44,352 nucleotides of DNA, from the NCBI GenBank assembly GCA_964014485.1, contig CAXHAT010000045.1, positions 1 to 44,352 on the forward strand, in the 5' to 3' direction. The position numbers and the translations under genes are program-made. Positions 1 to 10,343 of the stretch are shown here, piece after piece. The first letter of the stretch is position 1. Each line of letters starts with the position of its first letter. The notes below the pieces were generated by a model. It was not told the DNA's origin. It saw only the letters and a list, made by a program, of their open reading frames with translations, and did no database searches. Source of the stretch: an uncultured Deferribacteres bacterium. GTDB lineage: Bacteria; Zhuqueibacterota; Zhuqueibacteria; Zhuqueibacterales; Geothermadaptataceae.

Positions 1-23
1 TCCAGTCAATCGCGCACAGCCCC

Positions 24-49
24 TGGATTCCCGCCTGCGCGGGAATGAC
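24..49. repeat. dRS3/REP-like palindromic element (ATTCCC-N8-GGGAAT)
   Basis: TGGATTCCCGCCTGCGCGGGAATGAC; degenerate second copy at 6054-6077 (GGATTCCTGCCTGTGCGGGAATGA). Confidence 0.7.
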
Positions 50-432
50 TTTGACGAGAGTTTCTATGGCGTCACGGCTGTCGCGTAACATCAGTTATTC
101 AAAAGCAGAGCTCCCATGAACCTGCTGCAAATCATAACACATATTTGAGATAAACACAACTTTTGATTAATGACGGACGACTGAGCAAGATTATTGTTTG
201 CAGACTACACGAACGCGGGAAGCAGATTTTTCGTCATCATAGCTTTGACAAACGGCGAAAACCAGACAATCCATGGCGCAATCATAAATTGACTTATCAG
301 CCGTCCATCTATTCCCTGAAGGGCATGAAAACAAAACTCTCCCCCGGCGCATTCTTTCTTACTCTGATTGAATTTTGAATAGACGTGTGTCTTAAACAAA
401 AGTGTTAAAGTTTGAAAATATACATAAAAACC

Positions 433-457
433 AAAGCCCTCCAAAAAGGAGGGCTTT
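433..457 (-). terminator. Intrinsic terminator-like hairpin downstream of the Bor-like gene
   Basis: AAAGCCCTCC-AAAAA-GGAGGGCTTT perfect 10-bp stem; on the minus strand it is followed by a T-rich tract. Confidence 0.65.
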
Positions 458-510
458 AAAAAAATGTTCCGATCAGCCTTTGAAAGAATCAACGTGTAGG
501 TCGAGACTTC

Positions 511-939
511 TTATTGCCGGATTTCCGATTTTTTGTCGGACGGCTCTGCATTTGGCGCGGCGGCTTGTTCGACTTGCTGTTCCACGTTGACCGCGTCCAT
601 TGCCTGAGCGCCGGAACCGTTGCCTTCAATCACCATCGTCGCGGGCACAATGGAAACAAGGCCGGTGAACGCGCCAATGAGAAAATCGACAAAAGTCCGC
701 TTCGTCGTGATGCGCACTTCGTTCAGACGATAATCTCTGATGACATTGGCGGAATTGTTTTCAGTGATTGGAGTGAGTCCCCAAAGTGCGTACCAAATGC
801 GCTTGGTTTTCTTGAATTTAGCATCTTCGGTTTCCGACATCAACGTCACACGATCGTCCATCGGCGGAGCGACTTGCCGCATGGTAAAACAGCCGGAAAA
901 CAGTACAGCGCTCAACAGAATCAAGCATCTTTTTTGCAT
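511..939 (-). CDS. Bor/Iss-family-like lipoprotein
   Basis: Lipobox LFSG-C; WYALWGLTPI and FVDFLIGAFTGLVSIVPATM segments resemble the Bor family. Confidence 0.65.
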   Translation of the reverse strand: MQKRCLILLSAVLFSGCFTMRQVAPPMDDRVTLMSETEDAKFKKTKRIWYALWGLTPITENNSANVIRDYRLNEVRITTKRTFVDFLIGAFTGLVSIVPATMVIEGNGSGAQAMDAVNVEQQVEQAAAPNAEPSDKKSEIRQ

Positions 940-1154
940 AACACTGCTCCAAGTATGTTGTGTGAAAAAATCAGGCGGGTGTTTTTCAGTTTAGAAAATC
1001 AGTGCAAAATTGCAAGCCCGTTCTGATGAACGGTCACATTCCTTATCTTTGCCTATGAACCTTGAGTTGAGGCGGTTTGGTTAAATTCTCAATCTAGGCA
1101 AATCAAGTCTAACCAGGGAGAGTTGTTCAATCTTGTGATTTAACGCAGAGAAAC

Positions 1155-1182
1155 GGAGTGCGAAGCTTCAGCATCGCACTCC
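1155..1182. repeat. REP-like intergenic palindrome
   Basis: GGAGTGCGA-AGCTTCAGCA-TCGCACTCC. Confidence 0.55.
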
Positions 1183-1221
1183 AAAATTGTTCTTCAACGC
1201 AGGCGGGATGCTTCTGCGCGA

Positions 1222-3204
1222 CTAATGGATGGTGATTTTTTCGATCTTATCGCCGACTTGAATCGCGTCAACGACGTCTTGGCCCAATTTGACTTGCCCG
1301 AAAATCGTGTATCTTCCGTTTAGGTGCGGCTGCGCGCTGTGCGTGATAAAAAACTGGCAGCCTTCCGTATCGGGGCCGACGCTGGCCATGCCAAGCGTGC
1401 CGCGACCATACTCCCGCCGATTGAATTCCGACCGGATCGAATAGCCCGGCGATCCCCACAAATCTCCGCGCGGGTCGCCGCCCTGAATGACGAAATTCGG
1501 CACGACGCGGTGGAAATTCAGGCCGTCGTAAAATCCTGATTCGGCCAATTTGATGAAATTCAAAACTGTCAGCGGCGCATCTTCGATGTACAAATCCGCT
1601 TCGATATTTCCTCTCTCGGTCTTAATTATCGCCACGGGGCTTTTTAGCTGAGCAAGGCGTGAAAGATCAAGATTGTGCGTCGGCGCGGTTTTGATCGTGA
1701 CTTTTTGGACATGCTCTTCGCCAGCAATTCTTTCCAGAGCTTGTGCCGCGCGCAACGCGTAGGCGCGGTCTTCCACCAGCATTTCCTTTTCCAAAACCGA
1801 TTGCGCTGAGTAGAGCTTGAGGCGTGCAAAAGTATTGAAAATCACATCGGCGGCTTCCGTATCCATTGGCCGCGGCAAAGCCTGAAAGGCTTGAGTAAGC
1901 TCCGCCTCGAATTTTGCGCCAAACGCACTGTCCTGTGCGAAATACTGACTGGCGATGGCAGTGAAAACCTGGTCTTTTTCCTGAAAAGCATTGAGAGCGA
2001 TTCGCGTGGCAACGCCGCCTTGAAATTGACGAATTGTCTCGAGAATGGCGACCTTGACCAGCGGCGCAGCGTTTTCGTAGAAGTCTGGGAAATGGCTGAC
2101 CGCGCTGGAAGCTCCGGTTTTTCCGAGCGCACGAATGATGCGCGCCTTTAAATTTTCGCCGCTTTGTCGCGCCAACTCAACCAATCGCTTGACGGCGGCG
2201 TGCCTTTCAAGAACGGCGTAAACGTCAGCGCAGGCGGCCCGTTCCCGCCAACTGAATTGCTCCGAAGCTTCCGCAGCGAAAAGCCGTTGTTCGAGAAAAG
2301 ATTTCAATTCCGTGTAACTGTTCGCGTTATTGTCTGCGCTTTTGCCCAAGCCGCTTTCAAGAGCGCCAAGCGCGGCCAGCCGAACGTGCTCGTTCTGATC
2401 GGAAAACGGCAAAATTTCAAAATAATTTTCCAAATCCAGACCGCCGATGGCACTGGCGGCTGTTGCGCGAACTCGCCAATCGGAATCGTTTTTTGCAAGT
2501 TTTGCCAACGTTTCCGCAGCCTCGGAATTTCCAATCCGACCAAGCCCGCGCGCAGCGTTCATCCGCACCCGTGCGTCAATGTCTCCGGCGGCCAAAAGAA
2601 GCGGCTGGAAATATGCGCTGTCCGCCTGGCGCATCATGGCCCAGGCCGCGCGCCAGCGAGCTTCGGCGCTTGCGTCTTGAAGCAGCGGCGCGAGAGAATC
2701 TGTCAGCGCCGGCATGGAGAGTCCGCGATAAACCATCTCGCCAACGGCCATGGCGGCCTGACCGCGCAATTCCGGCTGCGACAAAGCCAAGTAGTTTTCC
2801 AATAGTGCAACGTGATTTGTGTCGGCGACTTTGCCGAACGCCTCAATTAGCGTGCGCCGCGTTTCCAAATCATGCTCTTTTGCAATGCGGTCGATGATCA
2901 TTTCCGCAGCGTCGCCTGAGCGTAATTGACCAAGCGCGAACGCCGCTTCTCCGCGCAGAGGCAAGTCGGGAGAAGTCAAAAACGGCTTCAAATCATCAAT
3001 TGCTGACGTATCTCGCATTTGGCCGATCAGCCGCAGTGCGCGTTTTTTGATCTTCAGGTCGGGGTTGTTCTGCAACGCCGCGACGATTTGAGAAACATCG
3101 CTTCTTTCATCGGCGATTTTGAGTAGCGCGGTCGGTTCGGTTTCCGGTTTTGAGCAAGCGGCGATAAAGCCTAACGCCGAAATAAAAAAAAAGAATCGTT
3201 TCAT
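1222..3204 (-). CDS. HEAT-repeat lipoprotein with C-terminal cyclophilin-type peptidyl-prolyl isomerase
   Basis: Lipobox IAA-C; repeated VRxxAAxALG HEAT units; FHRVVPNFVIQGGDP, GTLGMAS and QFFITH cyclophilin motifs. Confidence 0.9.
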   Translation of the reverse strand: MKRFFFFISALGFIAACSKPETEPTALLKIADERSDVSQIVAALQNNPDLKIKKRALRLIGQMRDTSAIDDLKPFLTSPDLPLRGEAAFALGQLRSGDAAEMIIDRIAKEHDLETRRTLIEAFGKVADTNHVALLENYLALSQPELRGQAAMAVGEMVYRGLSMPALTDSLAPLLQDASAEARWRAAWAMMRQADSAYFQPLLLAAGDIDARVRMNAARGLGRIGNSEAAETLAKLAKNDSDWRVRATAASAIGGLDLENYFEILPFSDQNEHVRLAALGALESGLGKSADNNANSYTELKSFLEQRLFAAEASEQFSWRERAACADVYAVLERHAAVKRLVELARQSGENLKARIIRALGKTGASSAVSHFPDFYENAAPLVKVAILETIRQFQGGVATRIALNAFQEKDQVFTAIASQYFAQDSAFGAKFEAELTQAFQALPRPMDTEAADVIFNTFARLKLYSAQSVLEKEMLVEDRAYALRAAQALERIAGEEHVQKVTIKTAPTHNLDLSRLAQLKSPVAIIKTERGNIEADLYIEDAPLTVLNFIKLAESGFYDGLNFHRVVPNFVIQGGDPRGDLWGSPGYSIRSEFNRREYGRGTLGMASVGPDTEGCQFFITHSAQPHLNGRYTIFGQVKLGQDVVDAIQVGDKIEKITIH

Positions 3205-3361
3205 GTTTCCTTTTCAAAAACTCCATTATTTGTTGGGTCAGTGCTGGATTAATTTTCATTTTCTGAGAGTGGCGATGCGTATTGCGATTTGCCCCTACGA
3301 GCTCTTTTCAGCATGGGATTGTCCAAAAACACAAAGGGTGCAAAGCGAGACACAACATGTT

Positions 3362-3389
3362 GTAGGGGTTCAAGATTTTGAACCCCTAC
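3362..3389. repeat. GTAG-type REP palindrome
   Basis: GTAGGGGTTCAA-GATT-TTGAACCCCTAC; degenerate relative ending GCCCCTAC near 3270-3298. Confidence 0.7.
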
Positions 3390-3772
3390 GTCTGGCGTCT
3401 CCGGGATTCAAGGATCATGCTTTCCGTGGATAAAGATAAAAATATCAGGCAAAAGCGCCAGCAAGTATCGCTTGTGTCGTAACCCTTCTCATGGTACGCA
3501 CATGATGCTGCGTTTGAGGGAAATATTACGCCGTCCAAAGTTCGGGCGTTTGTTTTTTCAATACTACAATTTTTGCAAAGGGAGAGATTACATGCCTGAT
3601 AATCGAGACATGAGTTCTTTTCCGCCAAGCCGTTGCAGAATAACCGCGGAGCGGAGATCAATCAAAAATACAAGCCTGCTTGCTCGGTTCGATTAATATC
3701 TGGAATTGTGAGACGGAACCGCTCTACATATAAAACATTCACAACGCGATGACGACGTTTTAAAAAGCCAAT

Positions 3773-5695
3773 TTACCTGGAACGAACACCGCGAACGTAT
3801 AGGCCGTAGTCAACATGATTGTAATTGCAGTAACCGCCAAAAAAATTAACGTACCAAGCACCTCGGCGAAGTAGTCTTGTTTTGTCGATTGTCCATACAC
3901 GTGGTTGGCCTGAATGAAAGATAGGATCAATATAGGAATCGCCTTCTTCTTGCAGTGGCTTCATTAATGACATTGCTTCTTCTACTGTGGGTAAACGCCA
4001 ATCATCGAAACCGGCAAATTTGTTATGATTGAGTCCTTCAACATATCTGTTTGCATTAGCGAACGCTAATTTTTCCGACGAGCCAGCTTGTTGCCACATG
4101 AGACCAGTTGTTGCATCAAAAACGACGTTTTTTCGATCTAAAATAATCAATTCATATAGATGAAAAATACCTTTGGCGCTCTGATTCCACCTCGAATCAA
4201 ATAGCTTATTCTTATTAAGCATGCTCTTTACAGTATTTTTGTTAATCATTCTTTGTTCTGTTCGGAATTGAAAAATCGGCTTGATAAACAAACTTACTAT
4301 GCCACTCAAGTCAGCATGAGAAATATCCAAACTCACTTTTTGATTATTTTGCAAGTCATGCCACAACATTTCCAGAAAGAATCGTTTCATTTGACTGGTC
4401 CACGAATCGTCACGGCAGTTTTGATTACCGACAATAAATTGTTTTAAAAACAAGTATTCCATTATCGAGCGGTGGGCGAATTTGTAGTTGTTTTGCGCAT
4501 CACGGTTGAGTAGAGAACGTCCGCCGAGCTGCCAGTCTCGCAGCGCAACATCCCATTTTTCGGCCAAATACTTCAACTCTTCTCGCGGAACACGCTCTGC
4601 GCTGCGTTCCTGACGCTTCAAGTAAATGTCCACCGCCATAAGCTCTGAGAATTGTCGCAGCACTTCCTTCTCAACAAAACCTCTCTCTCGCTCATACCAC
4701 TTCTCCACAAGAATTTCATACAATTGGAACGAGTACTGAATCTGACTTTGGCTTTTCAACAAATCAGGGATATACGCCATGAGCATGGGGCGAACACTCA
4801 AAAGCGGCGCTTTTTGCATCAGCTCGCGCGTTTTGCCGCGCTCACGCCATTGCCAAAGCTTCCAGCGTTTGCGGATGAAACTTTCGACCTGCGGGTCAGT
4901 GAACGGTGCAAGGTACAGTTTCCAAAATTCATAGGTGCGTCCTTCTCCCGCCCTGCGCGGGCCAACACGCGCAATGCCGGTTTCTTTGGGGATTTCCTCC
5001 TCGCGCGGGAAAAACTGTGTGCGACAAGTAAGTACGACGCGTTCAAAATTCTCGCACAGCGCCATCAAATCGCGCAGGCGTTGCTTGTGGTCGGCAATCG
5101 CCTTGGCGTCTTCGTCAAAGGCGTCCAAAAACAAAATCGTTTTATTTTGCTGCGGGATTTTTTGAATATGCTCGTCCGCGTTGGGAATCCCCAAAGGCAC
5201 GAGCGCAATGCGCCGTCTTTTTCCTTCGGGCAGTTCTTGGTTGCGGGCGTAATAATTGAGCACGAAGGATGATTTGCCCATGCCGGAATCAGCCAGCAGC
5301 AGAAAATGGCGGTCACTGACGTCATCGCGCAATAGCGCGTCCATTTTGTCAAACAGTGGCTCGCGCGCAGGCACGGCTTGGCGCATTTTGGCTTCGTGCG
5401 CCGGATCGATGTTGGTGTAATCCGGCGGAATGTAGTAACGCGTGGAGTTTTGGATCACTTGCGTCGGATAGAGCTCAGCGCCGAATTCTCGTTCCAGTAG
5501 TTTTTCCTTGCGGCGCTGTTTTCTGTATTGCAGCCAGCCGGGAAATGCTGCAAAAAGTGCAATGCCCGCGCTTAAGAGCGCTACGAGAACGGGAATGTAG
5601 ATTTTCGGGGCGGAAAAGAATTCCTGAAACGCCGTCGAGTCCGCTACCAAAATGTTCCTCCCAATTTTTGTATAAAACCAACGACAGGAGTGCAA
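3773..5695 (-). CDS. N-terminal TM + NACHT/STAND NTPase + C-terminal DUF1566 (Lcl, C-type-lectin-like) domain protein; start uncertain
   Basis: Hydrophobic helix IYIPVLVALLSAGIALFAAF; Walker A ADSGMGKS; Walker B LFLDAFDE; VVLTCRTQFF; DUF1566 motifs DATTGLMWQQ, GFDDWRLPTVEE, AWYVNF...YVRGVR. Confidence 0.85.
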   Translation of the reverse strand: MHSCRWFYTKIGRNILVADSTAFQEFFSAPKIYIPVLVALLSAGIALFAAFPGWLQYRKQRRKEKLLEREFGAELYPTQVIQNSTRYYIPPDYTNIDPAHEAKMRQAVPAREPLFDKMDALLRDDVSDRHFLLLADSGMGKSSFVLNYYARNQELPEGKRRRIALVPLGIPNADEHIQKIPQQNKTILFLDAFDEDAKAIADHKQRLRDLMALCENFERVVLTCRTQFFPREEEIPKETGIARVGPRRAGEGRTYEFWKLYLAPFTDPQVESFIRKRWKLWQWRERGKTRELMQKAPLLSVRPMLMAYIPDLLKSQSQIQYSFQLYEILVEKWYERERGFVEKEVLRQFSELMAVDIYLKRQERSAERVPREELKYLAEKWDVALRDWQLGGRSLLNRDAQNNYKFAHRSIMEYLFLKQFIVGNQNCRDDSWTSQMKRFFLEMLWHDLQNNQKVSLDISHADLSGIVSLFIKPIFQFRTEQRMINKNTVKSMLNKNKLFDSRWNQSAKGIFHLYELIILDRKNVVFDATTGLMWQQAGSSEKLAFANANRYVEGLNHNKFAGFDDWRLPTVEEAMSLMKPLQEEGDSYIDPIFHSGQPRVWTIDKTRLLRRGAWYVNFFGGYCNYNHVDYGLYVRGVRSR

Positions 5696-6094
5696 AGCTT
5701 ACTTTGCTTTTCACCCTCTGCTAATAAGGAAACGGTGTATTCAGAAGCTGAACGAAAAAGCTTGAGAAAAACCGCTGCGGAATAGCAAGGCAAGCCTTGC
5801 ACTCCTTATGTCAGAAAACTCAGCACTTGCATAAAATACATTCACATTCTACTGGAAAGCAAGAGAACGAAGGTGAAGCCATCGCCATCTTCAAGATGCG
5901 ATCGCAGAAATCGTTTTCAAAGAAAGCCAGGCAACGGTTTCCAACCGTATTCGCTTGTATTATCGATACGGCGGGCGTATGCTTTACAATGCTAATTTTT
6001 TGCAAAAGGAGAGGTCACATGCTTGCCAATCGAGGTTTGGATTTTCGGTTTTGGGATTCCTGCCTGTGCGGGAATGAGATGAAAAAGCGCTGTG

Positions 6095-6122
6095 GTAGAG
6101 ACGCGATGCATCGCGTCTCTAC
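6095..6122. repeat. GTAG-type REP, perfect 28-bp palindrome
   Basis: GTAGAGACGCGATGCATCGCGTCTCTAC directly upstream of the likely M14 start codon. Confidence 0.75.
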
Positions 6123-6123
6123 A

Positions 6124-8790
6124 ATGATGAACCGATTCGTTTTTTGTGGGCTTTTGTTAGCATTGACGCTTGCAGCAACAGCCGTTTCCGCACAGGTTCC
6201 GCACCCGAAAGACGTTTACGGCTTTACGCCGGGGGACGATTACAAGCTGGCGAAGTATTCGCAAATGCTGGAATATTACCAAAAACTGGACGCCGCCAGC
6301 GACCGGGTGCAAATGCGTGAGATCGGCAAGTCGGTTTTGGGAAGGCCGTTACTATTGCTGTTCATTTCCAGCGAAGAGAATCTCAAAAATCTCGACAAAT
6401 GGCGCGACACGGCGGAAAAACTGACCCGCGCCCGCGTGGACGAATCGACGGCGGAAAAACTCGCCCGCGACGGCAAGGCCATTGTTTGGGTGGACGGCGG
6501 ACTACATGCGACGGAAGTGGCGCACGGCCAAATGACCGGACTTTTGGCGCACAAAGTCGCCACGGAAGAAACGCCGGAAATGCAAACGATCCGCGACAAT
6601 GTCATCATGCTCCTGATGCCAATGATGAACCCGGACGGCCTCGACATCGTCGCCAATTGGTACGAGAGAAATCTGGGTACGCCCTTCGAAACGACGCGCC
6701 CGCCGTGGCTGTATCATTTTTACGTCGGGCACGATAACAACCGCGATTGGTTCATGAACAACATGCCCGAATCGCAAGCGGTGACGGATGTCATTTATAA
6801 CGAATGGTACCCGCAGATCGTTTATAATCACCACCAAACGAGCCCCAGTTGGACGCGCATTTTCATCCCGCCTTTTGCCGATCCAGTCAACCCGAACATT
6901 CATCCCGGCGTGACCACTGGAGTCAATTTGGTCGGCAGCGCGATGGCGAACCGTTTTGCAACGAAGGAAATGCCTGGCGTAGTCTCCGGCGTGATTTTCA
7001 GTATGTGGTGGAACGGCGGCATGCGCACCGTGCCCTATTTTCACAACATGGTCGGTATTCTTACCGAAACGGCGCACGCCACGCCCAGCCCGCGATTTTA
7101 TGATCCCGATTCAATCCCCAAGAGTATCGCCAGTCGTCGCGGCGTCGGCATGTCAACTTCCGGCACGAATATTTTTTACCCGAATCCGTGGAAGGGCGGC
7201 GAGTCGCGCTTCAGCGATCCTGTGCGCTACATGTTGACCGGAACGATGGCGGTTCTGCGCATTGCTTCCGACCGGCGCGAAGAGTGGCTTTACAACATGT
7301 ATCGCATGGGACGCAGCGCCATCAAGAAGGGCGAATCGAATGAGCCTTTCGCGTATGTCATTTCTTCCGAGCAGTGGAACGCCGGAGAAGAGACAAGTCT
7401 GGTGAATGTGCTGCAAATTGGCGGCGTGGAAATTAAACGCGCGAGCAAAGCGTTCAAAGCGGGCGGCAAGAGTTATCCTGCGGGATCATTTGTCGTGCCT
7501 GCCGCACAAGCTTTCCGACCGTACGCAGTCGATTTGTTGGAGGAGCAAAACTACCCGGATCGCAGGCGTTCGCCAAACGGCCCGCCTGATCCGCCGTACG
7601 ATCTTGCCGGGTGGACTTTGCCGATGCAAATGGGCGTACAAGTGGATCGCGTCACGGAAAAGTTCTCTTTTTCCGGCGATCCGGTTGAAGGACAACTTGC
7701 TCCAAAGCCTGGCAAAGTTTCCGGCAATGCGGGGTTTGGCTATGTGCTCTCGCATCGTCCCAACGCCAGCGCCATGGCGGTGAATCGACTTTTGGCGGAC
7801 GGCGAAAAAGTGCATTGGGCAAGCGAAAAATTGAGCGTAGACGGCGAAGACGAAGTCGGCGCGATTGTGATCGAAGCGAACGGAGACGGGACCAAGTCTC
7901 GCGTCGAAAAGCTGTCGGAAGAACTTGGGCTGAATTTCTATGGCGCAGCGAAAAAGCCGAGCGAGAAATTGCATGCGCTCAAGTCGCCGAAGATCGGCCT
8001 GTACAAATCTTGGCAGGCTAATATGGACGAAGGCTGGACGCGCTGGCTCTTGACGGAATACGCTTTTCCGCACGACACCTTGCACGACGCGGATATTCAA
8101 AAGGGCGACTTGTCGCAATATCACGCGATCATTTTGCCAAGTCAGTCGCCGCGCGGCATTTTGAACGGCCATGCACCGGGAACGATGCCGGAAGAATACA
8201 CCGGCGGTTTGGGATTGGAGGGTGCGTTGGCGCTCAAATCGTACGTCGCGAACGGCGGAACCGTGGTTGCGTTGGACGCATCGAGCGATTTTGTCATCGC
8301 CCAATTTGGCTTGCCGGTCAGAAATCTGGTTGCGAATACTTCGCCGAATCAGTTTTTCATTCCAGGTTCGCTGGTACGGATGAACGTGAAAACGGATCAC
8401 CCGCTGGCTTACGGCATGGAAAAAGAAGCTGCTGCTTCGTTCGTGCGCAGCCGCGTCTTTGGAACGGTGCGTTTGCGGCGTTCGGGCGAGGGCGGCAGAG
8501 AAGAGATCAAAGAAGCGCCGCCGCTGCCTGTGGAAGTGATCGCGCGCTACGCCAAGAACGATATTTTGATGAGCGGTTGGGCTTACGGCGAAAAGCGCCA
8601 TCTCGGCGGCAAAGCTGCGGTAATGCGCGTGCGGCATGGCGAGGGAAATGTCGTTTTGTTCGGCTTCCGTCCGCAGTTTCGCGGTCAGCCGCGCGGCACT
8701 TACAAATTGTTTTTTAACACCTTACACGCCGCAACGATAGACGGTAAAATCGAAATTTCTGGCGCCCCGAATTCAGAGACGGGCGAGTAA
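6124..8790 (+). CDS. Secreted M14-family zinc carboxypeptidase with C-terminal glutamine-amidotransferase-like region
   Basis: Signal peptide from ATG 6124 (MMNRFVFCGLLLALTLAATAVSA); GLHATE zinc motif; NPDG; DNNRD; NHHQ. Confidence 0.88.
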   Translation: MMNRFVFCGLLLALTLAATAVSAQVPHPKDVYGFTPGDDYKLAKYSQMLEYYQKLDAASDRVQMREIGKSVLGRPLLLLFISSEENLKNLDKWRDTAEKLTRARVDESTAEKLARDGKAIVWVDGGLHATEVAHGQMTGLLAHKVATEETPEMQTIRDNVIMLLMPMMNPDGLDIVANWYERNLGTPFETTRPPWLYHFYVGHDNNRDWFMNNMPESQAVTDVIYNEWYPQIVYNHHQTSPSWTRIFIPPFADPVNPNIHPGVTTGVNLVGSAMANRFATKEMPGVVSGVIFSMWWNGGMRTVPYFHNMVGILTETAHATPSPRFYDPDSIPKSIASRRGVGMSTSGTNIFYPNPWKGGESRFSDPVRYMLTGTMAVLRIASDRREEWLYNMYRMGRSAIKKGESNEPFAYVISSEQWNAGEETSLVNVLQIGGVEIKRASKAFKAGGKSYPAGSFVVPAAQAFRPYAVDLLEEQNYPDRRRSPNGPPDPPYDLAGWTLPMQMGVQVDRVTEKFSFSGDPVEGQLAPKPGKVSGNAGFGYVLSHRPNASAMAVNRLLADGEKVHWASEKLSVDGEDEVGAIVIEANGDGTKSRVEKLSEELGLNFYGAAKKPSEKLHALKSPKIGLYKSWQANMDEGWTRWLLTEYAFPHDTLHDADIQKGDLSQYHAIILPSQSPRGILNGHAPGTMPEEYTGGLGLEGALALKSYVANGGTVVALDASSDFVIAQFGLPVRNLVANTSPNQFFIPGSLVRMNVKTDHPLAYGMEKEAAASFVRSRVFGTVRLRRSGEGGREEIKEAPPLPVEVIARYAKNDILMSGWAYGEKRHLGGKAAVMRVRHGEGNVVLFGFRPQFRGQPRGTYKLFFNTLHAATIDGKIEISGAPNSETGE

Positions 8791-8854
8791 GCAAATTTCA
8801 TTTTGACAGCGTCGCCGGAGCGAACCCGGCTTTCAAACTTTTTTAAAAATTCGG

Positions 8855-8888
8855 GAACTCCTCGCCATAAGCGGGGAGTTCTTTTTTT
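8855..8888 (+). terminator. Rho-independent terminator
   Basis: GAACTCCTCGC-CATAA-GCGGGGAGTTC followed by T7. Confidence 0.8.
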
Positions 8889-8972
8889 GTGCGTATTATT
8901 TGGCGAAGATTTTGTATGGCCGATAATAATGAAAAAAATTAGTTGGCTCTGGACTCTCATTCGGATGTTTTG

Positions 8973-10331
8973 ATGAATCATAAACGAACGCTTATTACAA
9001 TTTTGTTGTGCTTAACCCCGATTTGGCTTTGGGCAAACGGCGAAGGAAGCGCGACCGTATCTTTACTCGCAAACCTCGACCAATATAAATCCTCGCGATA
9101 CAACGATTGCTGGGGCTATACCGCGCCGGACGGGCGCGAATACGCTTTGCTCGGGGTCTTGGGCGGCACAAGCATCATCGATATCGCGGACGAAAACAAT
9201 CCCAGAGAAGTGGTGTTCATACGAAGTGATTTCAGCGAATGGAAAGACATTAAAACCTACGGACATTACGCGTATGTTTGTACTGAAACCGCCGCCATTG
9301 TTCAAATTATTGATTTGAGCAGTTTACCAAATTCAGCGCGCGCCATTAATACCTACAGCGGTCTGGAAACCACGCCGCACAATATGTTTATCGACGAAGA
9401 AATGGCGATTCTATACGTCGCTGAAGATTTTAACACGAACAGGGCGGTCGTTGCATTAAGCCTTCAAGATCCCGTAAACCCTGTGGAGTTGTCCCGGTTC
9501 GGCCCGGACTCGCACGACATGTTTGCGCAAGACTCCGTGCTTTATGTGGCGGAGGGTTCGCGGCCTTCAATCGGCATTTTCGATATGCGAAACCCTCGAA
9601 ATCCGAAGCTTTTGGTGCGCCATAATATTCCAGGCGGCGGCTACGTGCACAATGTTTGGGTGAGCGAAGATAACAAAATTATGATGACGACGGAAGAGAC
9701 GGTGGGGAGAAGCGTCAAATTGTGGAATATTGAGGATTTGGAAAACATCGACTTGCTGGACGATTATTTGGCGTCGGAACGATTGGCTCACAATGTTTAT
9801 ATCAAAGGCAATTACGCCTACGTTTCGCACTACGCAGACGGCCTGCGCATACTCGACATTACGAACCCCTGGTCCATCCGGGAGGCCGGTTATTACGACA
9901 CGCAAATCGGCGGAAGGATCAATGACGGCGCTTGGGGAGCGTATCCTTTTTTTGAATCCGGCAAAATCCTGATTTCAGACATCACCACCGGTTTGTATAT
10001 CGTGCGTTTCAATCAATTTACCGTCGACGTTCCCGAAGCGCCCGCCGCGCCGACGGACTTTTCACTCCAGCAAAACTATCCAAACCCATTCAATCCTCAA
10101 ACCACGATTCCGTTCCAACTGCCTGAATCAATGGATGTTAAACTCGAGATTTACAACGCTTCGGGGCAATTGGTTCGAACGCTAATTCAAGGGGCAAGAG
10201 ATGCGGGAGCGCATCGAGTCACTTGGGACGGGCGAGGAGATGTGGGAGGAGCTGTCGGCTCTGGCGTATATGTTTACCGCTTGCTTGGCGAGGGATTTAC
10301 CTTGAGCCGAAAGATGATTTATATCCGGTAG
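8973..10331 (+). CDS. Choice-of-anchor B family secreted protein (LVIVD repeats) with FlgD-Ig/secretion-type C-terminal domain
   Basis: Signal peptide from ATG 8973; NDCWGY...GREYAL; WKDIKTY; HN motifs; GAWGAYPFF; C-terminal LQQNYPNPFNPQT...WDG...SGVYVYRL. Confidence 0.85.
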   Translation: MNHKRTLITILLCLTPIWLWANGEGSATVSLLANLDQYKSSRYNDCWGYTAPDGREYALLGVLGGTSIIDIADENNPREVVFIRSDFSEWKDIKTYGHYAYVCTETAAIVQIIDLSSLPNSARAINTYSGLETTPHNMFIDEEMAILYVAEDFNTNRAVVALSLQDPVNPVELSRFGPDSHDMFAQDSVLYVAEGSRPSIGIFDMRNPRNPKLLVRHNIPGGGYVHNVWVSEDNKIMMTTEETVGRSVKLWNIEDLENIDLLDDYLASERLAHNVYIKGNYAYVSHYADGLRILDITNPWSIREAGYYDTQIGGRINDGAWGAYPFFESGKILISDITTGLYIVRFNQFTVDVPEAPAAPTDFSLQQNYPNPFNPQTTIPFQLPESMDVKLEIYNASGQLVRTLIQGARDAGAHRVTWDGRGDVGGAVGSGVYVYRLLGEGFTLSRKMIYIR

Positions 10332-10343
10332 GGCAAAGCGAAC

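Noticed and set aside
163..492. Short ORFs at the left end
   Set aside because: No recognisable motifs or RBS, and they overlap a terminator-like hairpin
5797..6123. 109-aa N-terminal extension of the M14 peptidase in the ORF track
   Set aside because: It runs through two REP-like elements; the signal peptide begins at ATG 6124
7486..8637. 383-aa antisense ORF and similar shadow ORFs opposite carB, comM, the sensor kinase and the permease
   Set aside because: They lie opposite well-supported genes and carry no recognisable motifs
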